Positions 53,468 to 62,747 of a stretch of 64,000 nt of DNA are shown here, piece after piece. The stretch is from a virus (Duplodnaviria; Caudoviricetes). The notes below the pieces were generated by a model. It made no database searches. It saw only the letters and a program-made list of their open reading frames with translations, and was not told the DNA's origin. The stretch lies in IMG/VR virus record IMGVR_UViG_3300031953_000001, one strand, 5' to 3'. A program made the position numbers and the translations under genes. The stretch's first letter is position 1. Each line of letters starts with the position of its first letter.

Positions 53468-54682
53468 TTAAAAGTTAGGTAAATAGTTGGTTTGGATGTT
53501 GCTGTCGAAACTGAAACCGCCAAAGAGAGTTACTTGACTCACAGTCCAACCGCTGAGGTCCTGATTGAAGGCCCCCGCAAAACTGAACATGGAACTCATG
53601 TTGGTCACCTTACTCACATCCCACTGACTCAAAGGTCGGTTGAAGGCGCCAGCTCGATAGAACATAGAACCCATGTCCACCACGTTGCCTACCCCCCAAT
53701 CGTTCAAAGGAAGGTTAAACGCCGTCGCTCTAAAGAACATGGCGTTCATGTTGGTGACGCTGCTGACATCCCAGCTGTTGAGCGGTTGATTAAATGATTC
53801 GGCCCCAGAGAACATCTGCATTGTGGTCTCAACACCGCTGACATCCCAAGCCTCCAGCGGCTGGTTGTAGCTTACGGCTCGGTTAAACATGGCCGTCATA
53901 TCCACCACACCGCTGACGTTCCATTGGTTAAGCGGTAGATTAAAGGCCGCGGCCTCTCGGAACATGTGTGAGGTGTCGATCACATTACTCATGTCCCAGT
54001 GGCTAATATTGCTGTTGAAGTCAGCTGCCCCGTAAAACATATACCGACACGACGTCCCAGGGAGAAAGGCCGGACTGTCAGCGTCGTTGATCACAAACCC
54101 GGTCCGGTTTTGGAACATACGTTCGCCTGAGGCAAACGTAGTTAGTCCCCACCGCCATATATTTTTCCACTGTTTCTGATGTTCTGGTAACGGTGCGGTA
54201 AACCCGGCGATGGCGCCTAACACATGAACGTCGTATATCCCAGGGACCGCGTAAGTGTGACTGATGCCCCGGGTGGTTGTTACATACCCAGAGCCATCGC
54301 CCCAGTCGATGGTGACGTCACTGCCGGCGGCAAAGGGTAAGGCCACGTCGGCGGCGCCTGCCGTGTCACCTTCGGTGTCGATCAATATATGCGTACCGTC
54401 CCGGATCGGATGTCCCCGCATTAAGATAACGGCGATCTCATCGCGAACCGACTCACCCATAAACAGAGGTTGGCTGAACAGCTGATCGATGTCGGTGATT
54501 GTAGGGTCGTCTCGTTTGACTTGAAAGACCAGTCTTGCGTACTCATCGCCTTTGATTTGAGCCGTGGATTTGGCGCTGAGGAGATCCCATGGAGTGACCT
54601 CTGATAACACCGCTTGCCGGTAAGCTTCGGTGGCGTTGTACAGCTCATTGCGTTTGGCATAAAGATCGTCGAGGATAGCCAT
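53468..54682 (-). CDS. domain X + PKD-like + DUF285/BspA-like 25-residue repeat surface protein
   Basis: N-terminal domain X; IDWGDG..HTY..PG.Y.V; seven MF..A..FNQPL..WDVS.V..M repeats. Confidence 0.85.
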   Translation of the reverse strand: MAILDDLYAKRNELYNATEAYRQAVLSEVTPWDLLSAKSTAQIKGDEYARLVFQVKRDDPTITDIDQLFSQPLFMGESVRDEIAVILMRGHPIRDGTHILIDTEGDTAGAADVALPFAAGSDVTIDWGDGSGYVTTTRGISHTYAVPGIYDVHVLGAIAGFTAPLPEHQKQWKNIWRWGLTTFASGERMFQNRTGFVINDADSPAFLPGTSCRYMFYGAADFNSNISHWDMSNVIDTSHMFREAAAFNLPLNQWNVSGVVDMTAMFNRAVSYNQPLEAWDVSGVETTMQMFSGAESFNQPLNSWDVSSVTNMNAMFFRATAFNLPLNDWGVGNVVDMGSMFYRAGAFNRPLSQWDVSKVTNMSSMFSFAGAFNQDLSGWTVSQVTLFGGFSFDSNIQTNYLPNF

Positions 54683-54734
54683 ATCTGAGTCTCAAGGAAA
54701 GGCGAACGTACGGTACAACGACCCACCCCGATCG

Positions 54735-55520
54735 TTATTTACGAAACAACGTCTCACCTAACCATCCAATGGGGTCTATGCGGTGGAAACGTACTTGATT
54801 TGGGTGTCGATGATGTTCTTCGTGCCAGCAGTCACCGAGAATAAAGGGAAACATCCATAAACTGCTGTGGGCGCGGTCGTGATCGTTGCCCCAACCGTGG
54901 CCCCAGGTGTTGGCTAACGATTGCAGTTGCCACACCAGAGCCGGTGGCGCCCAGACTAGAGCCAAGGCCCAGTCCAACGGCAGCAGCCAGAGACTGCCTA
55001 ACAACACCGATCCGTAGATCTTCCAGTAGTGTCTGTGAAACCCCACATGCCAGGTATCTCGCAACAAACGCCCGGCATGCCGGCCGCTGACCTCTCGAAA
55101 GGTGTACCCTAACAGCTGAATGGCCAGCCAATGACTCTGAGCTGGACTATGAGGGTCCTTAGGGGTCCCCTGGTGCTTGTGATGGGCATTGTGAGTGGCA
55201 ACCCACCCCAACGTACTGCCTTGAAGTGAAAGCCCTCCCAGAAGAGTTAGAATCACCTCTACGGATCGGGGTACAGTTACGGTCTTGTGCGTCAGCACTC
55301 GATGGTACATAAAACTGATCCCCAGTTGTGAGATCAGGTACGCCATCCCTAGGGCCAGTAACAGAGCGCCACCGGCACCAGAAAAGACCAATGTCAAAAC
55401 GACAGCGTGTGACGCGATGATCACGCTGTAATGCAAGACTCGGTTCAGAGGTACGATTTCTACATTGATCGCGCGCAGTCGGTCCATGGTACTTCCTTTT
55501 AAGTCAATAAGAACGTTCAA
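54735..55520 (-). CDS. membrane fatty-acid desaturase (Delta9-like), copy 1
   Basis: His boxes YHRVLTH, HNAHH and WHEEHH; DPHS; hydrophobic helices. Confidence 0.88.
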   Translation of the reverse strand: MNVLIDLKGSTMDRLRAINVEIVPLNRVLHYSVIIASHAVVLTLVFSGAGGALLLALGMAYLISQLGISFMYHRVLTHKTVTVPRSVEVILTLLGGLSLQGSTLGWVATHNAHHKHQGTPKDPHSPAQSHWLAIQLLGYTFREVSGRHAGRLLRDTWHVGFHRHYWKIYGSVLLGSLWLLPLDWALALVWAPPALVWQLQSLANTWGHGWGNDHDRAHSSLWMFPFILGDCWHEEHHRHPNQVRFHRIDPIGWLGETLFRK

Positions 55521-56416
55521 AGCGTCTCTATGTCAAAGGCATTGAAGAAGGCTTCATCCAAGTGACCATACCGATCGTTCCAGCGTCGGGTGTTTTCTTT
55601 TACCGCTTGGTAGAAGGGGTCGCTCAAATGAGACTTCACCTCAAACGCCCTGTTCAGGTAACGGCGAAACGGGATTTGCAAGAACACTCGGTCGGTGGTG
55701 AGGTTTGGGGTCCATGGGTAGATGGGACCTGCAAAGTTGGCGACAGCGGCTTCTCTTAATCGGACATGATGTCTAAGGCACATCGAGTAGGTCAAACGAT
55801 CCACCACGCTGACTTCGGGTTTGATCACAAAATTGCCTGGCAATAACCCTTTCTTTAGCGGGGCGGCTAACCGATTAATGAAGTGTTTGTAATGCCCTCG
55901 GTCTGGGTTGTCTTGGGCTAAGTAACGTGCGTCCAGATCAGCCCAGTCTGGGTTTGATCGTAATCGGGCCAAGTTGAACACCGCCAGTCCCAACGTGAAA
56001 TAACTCTTAGATCGCACCAGACGATCGGGGTGATGTGGATCGAATCTCACATACAGGTCGTTCATTGAGGACAACTCAAACGGACGGTCGGGTCGAACAA
56101 CCACGTCTTGACCGCTCAGATCGGCGTGACTCACCTCAGCGATGGGTCGGTTACACACACTGTGACTGCTCACCAAACACACCCGGTCTTCGGTGCTGTG
56201 CTCAAGTAACGTAGACAGAACCGCCACCGGGTCAGCACGGTGGATCTGAACGTACTCAAGGGTGTCGGCAAATGCCGCTTCCAATCGCCTGAGAGCCAAT
56301 ACATCGTCGCTGTAGACTCGGCACCGCCAAGTCGGGTTCTTCAGTTTAAAACTGTGAATCGCCACTATGGCCTGATCGACTTTTTCCCATGGCACCACAA
56401 AAGCAGCAAAGGCCAT
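55517..56416 (-). CDS. glycosyltransferase family 8-like protein lacking the DxD motif
   Basis: YFTLGLAVFNLARLR resembles GT8 YFNAGV...NL..WR; NFAGPIYPW resembles HF.G..KPW; DxD position reads VSSHS. Confidence 0.55.
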   Translation of the reverse strand: MAFAAFVVPWEKVDQAIVAIHSFKLKNPTWRCRVYSDDVLALRRLEAAFADTLEYVQIHRADPVAVLSTLLEHSTEDRVCLVSSHSVCNRPIAEVSHADLSGQDVVVRPDRPFELSSMNDLYVRFDPHHPDRLVRSKSYFTLGLAVFNLARLRSNPDWADLDARYLAQDNPDRGHYKHFINRLAAPLKKGLLPGNFVIKPEVSVVDRLTYSMCLRHHVRLREAAVANFAGPIYPWTPNLTTDRVFLQIPFRRYLNRAFEVKSHLSDPFYQAVKENTRRWNDRYGHLDEAFFNAFDIETL

Positions 56417-56426
56417 GACGGTCTCC

Positions 56427-56951
56427 TTATGCGTTTAAGAAATCGATTTCCAAGGCCGCCATGACCCCGCCATTGGGACCTGCGGTGACCGTAATCTCAC
56501 TGCCTGATAGTCGAACGATCTGCATGTCGTTCACGGGCGTGTCATTAAGAGACACTTCCCCCAACACCGGCGCCAGGTACCCAGGAAAGCCTACCGACAT
56601 CGTCTCATTAGGTCCTAAGACCAAACGGTGGGGTTTGATCACCCGGTGGTTTGGGTTGGTGGTGTTCAGACAGATGCCGATGGTCTCTTCCAGCGCAGTG
56701 ACCTTAGTCCAATACGGATTGCCTTTCTGTGCAATGTCGTCGTGGGCGGTCAGTTGGTATTCGTTGAACGTGTTTTGACTTAAGGTACTGCCTTTGACCA
56801 AGAACCGACTTTCCACCACCGGTATAAAATCGTCGGTGTACTTTTCTTCCCAGTGGGGTTTCTTCCCCAGAATGAAAGACTCGTCTTTGTCAACGTAGAA
56901 CTTAGCCACCGCCACACCTTCGTGACGCAAGCGATTAACCCGTGTGCGCAT
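56427..56951 (-). CDS. hypothetical protein, beta-rich
   Basis: Coupled within the operon; no motif recognised. Confidence 0.65.
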   Translation of the reverse strand: MRTRVNRLRHEGVAVAKFYVDKDESFILGKKPHWEEKYTDDFIPVVESRFLVKGSTLSQNTFNEYQLTAHDDIAQKGNPYWTKVTALEETIGICLNTTNPNHRVIKPHRLVLGPNETMSVGFPGYLAPVLGEVSLNDTPVNDMQIVRLSGSEITVTAGPNGGVMAALEIDFLNA

Positions 56952-56953
56952 GA

Positions 56954-57259
56954 TTAAAACTCCAGAGGTTGGTCTTGGGTGTGGACATCGCCGTCATCGT
57001 AATGCACGTACAGGGCGTCTGGGGTCGATCCGACCCGCTGTTCAATAAGTTCGCGGAGTTGTGAAGATAATGCCAACTCAGCAGGCAACTCAGGCCGCAG
57101 CTCTTCGATCAACTCTCGCATACGAATGAGAGGCAAGTTAGGGTCGTCAACTATGGCTTGAGGCAACGGGTGGCTATGCACCACCCACCCCCAATCGACT
57201 AACGCAGTCTTATCGACCAGATCAATGGCTTTGACTACAAAGGACATCACGTTCTCCAT
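56954..57259 (-). CDS. hypothetical protein
   Basis: ATG at 57259 overlaps the upstream TGA (TGATG coupling). Confidence 0.65.
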   Translation of the reverse strand: MENVMSFVVKAIDLVDKTALVDWGWVVHSHPLPQAIVDDPNLPLIRMRELIEELRPELPAELALSSQLRELIEQRVGSTPDALYVHYDDGDVHTQDQPLEF

Positions 57260-58116
57260 CAGAGTTGTTTGGGGTAGGTACGTTGGTGCTCTAACGCGAT
57301 GAGGGACAGCGTCTTCTCCATCCGCTCTGAACTGTCGTCTACCCAACAAACCCCACTGTAAGGGCTGGCTAGGAAACGCCTCAGCGCGATGTGTGGGTTG
57401 GTCTGTGAAAACACCGCCTTGTATATTTGTCGGTAGATGTTTCGGGCACAGGTGGGGTCCGTGCTGTCTACTAACTTCACGACCTTACCCAACAGTAACC
57501 CCAACAACCCCATTTCGGAGGCAGAGGTGGTGTATACGGTCTCAGCCCGACGTAAGTAATCGAACCCACTCAAAGTGGCAGGTAACACCGCCCCTGGAAA
57601 ACTGTCGTTCAACTTTTTCAACCAAGCCCCGTTAGTGATGGGATGGGGTTTGATCTTACTGCCCCGCCGATACAGCTGGAACACCCTGACCCAATCGACG
57701 TTGTGTTCCAACAAGTTGGTGCCCGGTAGAAACACCACCGATGGGATGGTGGTTTTGTCCAACTGACGAGTGAGTCGATACTTATCCAACCGCATCCCCA
57801 ACAGACGTTGTTCCACATCGATAGGTTCAGCATCGGTGTCGCTGACCGCCGAGATTGCCATACCGTACCGAAGTCTATCGTCGCAGGGGGTGATCATGAT
57901 GGCTCGGGTAAAGAGTTCGGTGTAATGTAAGGATTTGAATTCAGGATCGGGGGTGTAATAAATGTCGTACAACACTTCTTTGGTTGTCAGCGACTCTAAC
58001 CGTTGTCCTAAGACGTCCAATTGACTCAAAGCCGCCACTCGACCTAAAGGGCCGGATTTGAAGACCTGAGTCACCGCTGAGTCTATACGGTCCTCAGTAA
58101 ACGACCGTCGGGTCAT
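57259..58116 (-). CDS. KpsS/capsule-synthesis-like GT-B glycosyltransferase
   Basis: VFLPG, IKPHP and V.TT.SE.GLLGLLLGK.V match the Capsule_synth-type KPHP and T..S..G.EA.L.GK.V motifs. Confidence 0.6.
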   Translation of the reverse strand: MTRRSFTEDRIDSAVTQVFKSGPLGRVAALSQLDVLGQRLESLTTKEVLYDIYYTPDPEFKSLHYTELFTRAIMITPCDDRLRYGMAISAVSDTDAEPIDVEQRLLGMRLDKYRLTRQLDKTTIPSVVFLPGTNLLEHNVDWVRVFQLYRRGSKIKPHPITNGAWLKKLNDSFPGAVLPATLSGFDYLRRAETVYTTSASEMGLLGLLLGKVVKLVDSTDPTCARNIYRQIYKAVFSQTNPHIALRRFLASPYSGVCWVDDSSERMEKTLSLIALEHQRTYPKQL

Positions 58117-58343
58117 ACGGCGCCGTCCAACCGTTTGGCCAAGATCTCGTCTACTCGGGACTGCACCCGATCGTCAACCACGGCGTTGATGTTGGTTTCA
58201 AACTCGTCCATAATCGCCGCTACCCGATCGTCAAACCGAGTGATGTGTTCCAATAACGCCTCGGCTAAGGTCTCAATGCGCAGGCGCGCAGCGTCCAGTT
58301 CGGCTAAGGTGACGGCTTTATCGGCTACGGTTGCTTCAGTCAT
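58113..58343 (-). CDS. small coiled-coil protein
   Basis: Heptad pattern; ATGA overlap with the next gene. Confidence 0.7.
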   Translation of the reverse strand: MTEATVADKAVTLAELDAARLRIETLAEALLEHITRFDDRVAAIMDEFETNINAVVDDRVQSRVDEILAKRLDGAV

Positions 58344-58357
58344 AAAATATTCCTTGC

Positions 58358-58870
58358 TCAGTATAGCTGTAGTGCGATGATGGCGGTGTTGGCTGAGGTG
58401 GTGTACTCAGTGGTTCGACTGCCGGCCAAGGTGGTGGTGTTTCGGGTTAAGGTGGTGTTTCTTGCTGTGACGTGCGATGTGGTGCGGGACGCAAAGACGG
58501 CGGTGGTGACCGAAGTACTCAATGTCTTCCCGCCGGTGTCTGGTATCTCCGTAATGCGCGAGGTGGTGCGAGACCCAGACTGATACGTAGTTGCGTACGA
58601 GGTGTTGAAACTCGTTGACGCTATCCAGGACGTTAAGGTCGTGGTGGAGGCGTCTGTGGTACGAGTGGCCGTGGCTGTGGTCACTCGGGTGGTGGACACC
58701 GACCGCGAGTAAGTCACGTTTAACATGTCGCTCAGACGAAACGGTGGCGTGAGCGGCATGCTTGGAAAGCCTCGACCCAGCAGGTTGGACATGCGATTGT
58801 CGGGGAGCGTGTTTTGAAATTCGGTGATCACGTCCGAGAATCGTAGCGGTGGACTGCCTTGTAATGCCAT
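58358..58870 (-). CDS. Ser/Thr-rich tail-tip adhesin-like protein
   Basis: N-terminal MALQGSPPLRFSDVITEF...RLSDM resembles fibre-tip anchor domains; about half of the last 110 residues are S/T. Confidence 0.6.
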   Translation of the reverse strand: MALQGSPPLRFSDVITEFQNTLPDNRMSNLLGRGFPSMPLTPPFRLSDMLNVTYSRSVSTTRVTTATATRTTDASTTTLTSWIASTSFNTSYATTYQSGSRTTSRITEIPDTGGKTLSTSVTTAVFASRTTSHVTARNTTLTRNTTTLAGSRTTEYTTSANTAIIALQLY

Positions 58871-58873
58871 AGG

Positions 58874-59620
58874 TTACTCCTTTTTAATCAGACGAATAAA
58901 CCAGGCGGCAAAGTCCCATTCCCACCAGCGTTCTTGGGTGTTCCAATGTCCCGGGTGGGCGTGATGGTTGTTGTGCCATCCATCCCCAGCGGTTAATACG
59001 TTCATCAGCCAACTGTTACGACTGCGGTCGGGCGTCTCGTGGTTGCGGTAACCCCAACCATGGCCGAGGGTGTTGAACACTCCTTTCAGATGAAACAACA
59101 GAGCCGTAGGAAGACACCAGCCGTAGACCAGCAGTTTCCAGTCGATCAAACTCAACCCCAAGGCGTAAATCAGCAGAATGAGAACGTAGTAGTCGTGTGT
59201 GATCTGATAGAACCGTTGTTTACGTTCGGTTCGAATGGCGCGATGGTCCAAGACCCAAGGTCGATCCAGCCAATCTCCAAACCAAGCGTCGATAAGGCCG
59301 TGTTGGTGTTGGCTGTGTGGGTCTCTGGGGCGATCTGAAAAGCCGTGATGGGTTCGGTGTACCAATGCGTTTGTCAATGGCGAGCCTAATGCAGTCAAGA
59401 TCCCCACGCCCGTGAGTGCAAGCTCAATGGGTTTATAGGTTTCAAACGACCTGTGCGCCAACAATCGATGATACCCCACGGTGATGCCAAAGAACCCATA
59501 GGCGTAATAGATAGCTAATGTAAACCCAAGCCAGCCCCACCAGCCGAGATAGATCGCCAGAGGCAGAAACACACACAACACCAGTTGGTTGCAGATTTGA
59601 AGGTGTTTTAGATACGTCAT
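58874..59620 (-). CDS. membrane fatty-acid desaturase (Delta9-like), copy 2
   Basis: GYHRLLAHRSF, HRTHH, DPHS, NTLGH, GYRN..T.D.SRN and WHNNHH. Confidence 0.92.
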   Translation of the reverse strand: MTYLKHLQICNQLVLCVFLPLAIYLGWWGWLGFTLAIYYAYGFFGITVGYHRLLAHRSFETYKPIELALTGVGILTALGSPLTNALVHRTHHGFSDRPRDPHSQHQHGLIDAWFGDWLDRPWVLDHRAIRTERKQRFYQITHDYYVLILLIYALGLSLIDWKLLVYGWCLPTALLFHLKGVFNTLGHGWGYRNHETPDRSRNSWLMNVLTAGDGWHNNHHAHPGHWNTQERWWEWDFAAWFIRLIKKE

Positions 59621-59700
59621 GGTTTACTCGCTCAATCGGAGTGGGTTCACTCTATTAGAGATCGCTGTCAAAGAACAGACATCCATGTCCTAATGAAACC

Positions 59701-61923
59701 TCAACGGCGATTAAGTCGGTCCGACAACTTGACGGTCAGCTCTTGAACGGTGACCTCCAGCCAAGCGACGCGGCGGTTGCTGATGTCCAACTCTCTCGCC
59801 ATCTGTTTGATGGAGTGTTGCGCCAGGGCGTGAAAGTCGTTGTACGACAACCCCTCGTAACCGTCGTCTTTCTGTCTTACCAAGTCAGGGAAGAACGCTT
59901 TAACGTCTGTGGTCAGAAACCCGTAGTGGGTTTGATTTGAGACGTCTTCAGTTAGGCGATACGAGTAGGGTCTCAGTTCCAGATAGTTATACAACGCGTT
60001 ATCCAGAGCTTTCACGTCTTCCTTCAATCGAGGATCGGAGGTGTAGACCACATCGCCGGCGTACAGATCGCCGGTGACCGTAAGATCGCCGGTGACCGTA
60101 TCGCCACCCGCTTTACCGACGTACCGAGCGTCGTGATCGCCCGACACGCGGTGATCGTTCATACCCTTGGCTTGCAATACCGTGTCCGTGTCGACGGACG
60201 TTCGCAGCGCGGTGGTGGGCAAGTTCGGCTCTGCGTTGGCGGCAACGGTGTCGAGTTTGACGACGTTGGCCGACGCCATCAATCCGGCTGCTGAAACGCT
60301 GGCCAGAGGGAAGGCGACGCCATCTCCCGTAGACGACACCAAGGTAGGGGCTTCTGCCGTGCCGCCCACACTGAGGTCCGTGGCTACGTTGACCTGCGCT
60401 CCCGATTGAACGCTGGCCAGTTTACTGTGGTCGTTGATGCTCATGAACCCGGCAGCCGTATCCGTTGCCACAGGAATGGCCACGTTGTTGCCCGTGCTGC
60501 TTACCAAGGTTCGAGTGTCGCCCGCACCGGTCAAGGTCAGATCCGTACCCACATTGACTTGAGCACCGGAACTCACCCCATCCAACTTCACTTTATCGCT
60601 GGCGGACATGACGCCGGCGTTGGTGACACTTACCCCAGGAATGGCGACATTGTTGCCGTAGCTGTTGGTGATCGTGATACTGGTGGCGGTTTGCGTGAGC
60701 GCCAAGTTACTGGGTACATTGACCTGGGCGCCTGTCTCTACCCCCCCGAGTTTGGTGAACTGCGCCATGGACATCAACCCGGCCGTGCTGGCTGAGGCTG
60801 TCGGTAAGACCACGTTACTACCGGTGGACGAGGTGACACCGCGAGCATCGCCGGTCCCACTCAACCCGAGGTTGGTGCCCACGTTGACTTGTGCGCCAAT
60901 CGCCACACCGGCCAATTTGGTTTTCTCAGTCGAACTGTAATCTTCGCTCGATAGCCCTTTGCCAGCGACGGTGTTCACTTTGGTGAGCAGCGCCGTGTCC
61001 ACTTGAAGTTGAGTGTAATAACGCCCGTCGTGGTCGTCGGACGCGACGTGATCTACCATTCCTTTGGCCGTCAGCACCGTACCTGTCTCATTCAACGTTC
61101 GTGACGAGGTGGTGGGCAAGTTCACTTCCGCCGCGGTTTGGATGTTGGCCAATTTGGTAAACTGACTTGGCGCCATCAACCCAACCTTGGACGCATCGGC
61201 CACCACCAAATCAACTCCGGTACCACCACTGTTCTCTATGCGGTAGGTTGTACCCCCACGAGTGAACGTCAAGTTCACCGCAACGTTCTGCTCAGCGCCG
61301 GCTTCAATGCCGGTTAATTTACTCAACCAGGCATCGGTGAAGTCATTTGCACTTAAGGCTTTGCCCGTGACTTTATCGACTTTGGTACCCAAGGCTGACT
61401 GCAACCCGGCGATCGAATCGATGCTCAAGTTCTCCAACGAGTCTCGATTGAGCTTGATGTAATCCACAATCTCTTGGATCTGATCCAGAGTGGTGTCGTC
61501 GCTGCCAATCAAGGCGTTGATGGCGTCCACCGCGTCTTTCAGTACCTTACCTTGCGCCGCACTCAACACCTCACTGGGGGCGTTGCTGGTCAGCGTATCG
61601 GCGATGTTGGCGATGTCAATTTTCAACGCCAAGGCCGCATCCATTTCCGTTTCGGTGTAGTAACGCCCGTCGTGGTCGTCGGACGCGACGTGATCTACCA
61701 TCCCTTTGGCGGTTAACAAGACCCCGGTGCTATTGACCGTGCGTTCGATGGTGATGGCGTTCGGAATCTGGTCCAACCCGACCTGTACTTTGGTCACTGA
61801 GTGGGGATTATCGTCTCGTGCAATGTGCGTGTCCGTGTTCTCAAAGAGAATGTCGATCTTTCCCTTGAGGGTTTCGAACATACGCTTGACCGCTGCGGTT
61901 AGCTGGTCGGTTGGTTTGGTCAT
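59701..61923 (-). CDS. tail fibre with a C-terminal intramolecular chaperone (Peptidase_S74)
   Basis: NPHSVTKVQVGL start, KL.G...GAQVN repeats, SDPRLKED..L...YGF..DV...FPDLV. Confidence 0.88.
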   Translation of the reverse strand: MTKPTDQLTAAVKRMFETLKGKIDILFENTDTHIARDDNPHSVTKVQVGLDQIPNAITIERTVNSTGVLLTAKGMVDHVASDDHDGRYYTETEMDAALALKIDIANIADTLTSNAPSEVLSAAQGKVLKDAVDAINALIGSDDTTLDQIQEIVDYIKLNRDSLENLSIDSIAGLQSALGTKVDKVTGKALSANDFTDAWLSKLTGIEAGAEQNVAVNLTFTRGGTTYRIENSGGTGVDLVVADASKVGLMAPSQFTKLANIQTAAEVNLPTTSSRTLNETGTVLTAKGMVDHVASDDHDGRYYTQLQVDTALLTKVNTVAGKGLSSEDYSSTEKTKLAGVAIGAQVNVGTNLGLSGTGDARGVTSSTGSNVVLPTASASTAGLMSMAQFTKLGGVETGAQVNVPSNLALTQTATSITITNSYGNNVAIPGVSVTNAGVMSASDKVKLDGVSSGAQVNVGTDLTLTGAGDTRTLVSSTGNNVAIPVATDTAAGFMSINDHSKLASVQSGAQVNVATDLSVGGTAEAPTLVSSTGDGVAFPLASVSAAGLMASANVVKLDTVAANAEPNLPTTALRTSVDTDTVLQAKGMNDHRVSGDHDARYVGKAGGDTVTGDLTVTGDLYAGDVVYTSDPRLKEDVKALDNALYNYLELRPYSYRLTEDVSNQTHYGFLTTDVKAFFPDLVRQKDDGYEGLSYNDFHALAQHSIKQMARELDISNRRVAWLEVTVQELTVKLSDRLNRR
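61019..61701. repeat. 41-bp exact direct repeat inside the tail fibre gene (61019-61059 and 61661-61701)
   Basis: TAACGCCCGTCGTGGTCGTCGGACGCGACGTGATCTACCAT occurs twice, encoding MVDHVASDDHDGRY. Confidence 0.95.
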
Positions 61924-62002
61924 ACCGGATTCCCCGTACTAGGCAAAATAAGACGAAGGCGTCCTCGCAAAAGGCGCCCTCGTCGATGATTCGGTTAGGA
62001 TC

Positions 62003-62461
62003 TTACGATGACGTGGAGCTGATCGTTAACAGTGGCATGCACAACCACAAGCGACTGGGAGACATGGGCAGATCGGGCCAGGACAAAGTAGACCCCCCTA
62101 TCGTAAGCGCGGTGGCCACAAAGGTTGCCGGGTTCCAGCCCTCTAAAGTGCGTGGGGTACCGATGGGCATCCATTGAGGTTTGTCGTACGCAGGTTTGGT
62201 TATCTGCGTTCTTACGAATCGGGACATGGCCTCAGAATCGGTCACCCGCACCACCACCAAACTTCGGTCTGGGTACCGGTCTTCGAACGTTGTCTTAGTT
62301 CTAAACACCACCCCCGAGTCGACGTCTACCTCAGCGATGTAGGAGTTCAACTCCAACGCCACGTGATCCCAATAGGTTTGGGTAACAAGACGACGCACCG
62401 AGGCCGTCTTGCCAGGTCTGCGAGCAAACCAGACCTTTACCCATTTATTTTTTGGTCGCAT
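62003..62461 (-). CDS. permuted papain-like (YiiX/NlpC-P60-like) protein lacking the catalytic Cys
   Basis: WDHVAL His motif and K..YD retained; WFCSELVA position reads WNPATFVA. Confidence 0.5.
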   Translation of the reverse strand: MRPKNKWVKVWFARRPGKTASVRRLVTQTYWDHVALELNSYIAEVDVDSGVVFRTKTTFEDRYPDRSLVVVRVTDSEAMSRFVRTQITKPAYDKPQWMPIGTPRTLEGWNPATFVATALTIGGSTLSWPDLPMSPSRLWLCMPLLTISSTSS

Positions 62462-62714
62462 CGATGACTTTCACCACATCGCTCAGAGACAAGCCCGTCC
62501 ACTGACCGTAGACTTGAGTCAACGTCTCTACGTCCTTGGTGTTGTACAGCGCGCTTTCAATCAACTTAACCAGAAGATCGTCGATGGAGTTGTCGGTCTT
62601 CTTAGACAGCAAGACCAACTTGGTGATGATGATGCGTTTGACGGCGTCGGTACCCAGCAGACTGAGTAGAATCTCACCGAGTTTGCTCAGCATCAAAGTC
62701 ATAGTGGTTTTCAT
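62445..62714 (-). CDS. small late protein
   Basis: AGGAG SD before ATG 62714; KKTDNSIDD motif; late promoter upstream. Confidence 0.65.
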   Translation of the reverse strand: MKTTMTLMLSKLGEILLSLLGTDAVKRIIITKLVLLSKKTDNSIDDLLVKLIESALYNTKDVETLTQVYGQWTGLSLSDVVKVIDATKK

Positions 62715-62747
62715 AGGTCTTCTCCTAACGGTTAAACTAAGTGTGGT

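Noticed and set aside
61019-61701. Tail fibre 41-bp repeat as a diversity-generating retroelement TR/VR pair
   Set aside because: Both copies are in-frame within one gene, flanking differences are not adenine-specific, and no reverse transcriptase is present in the window.
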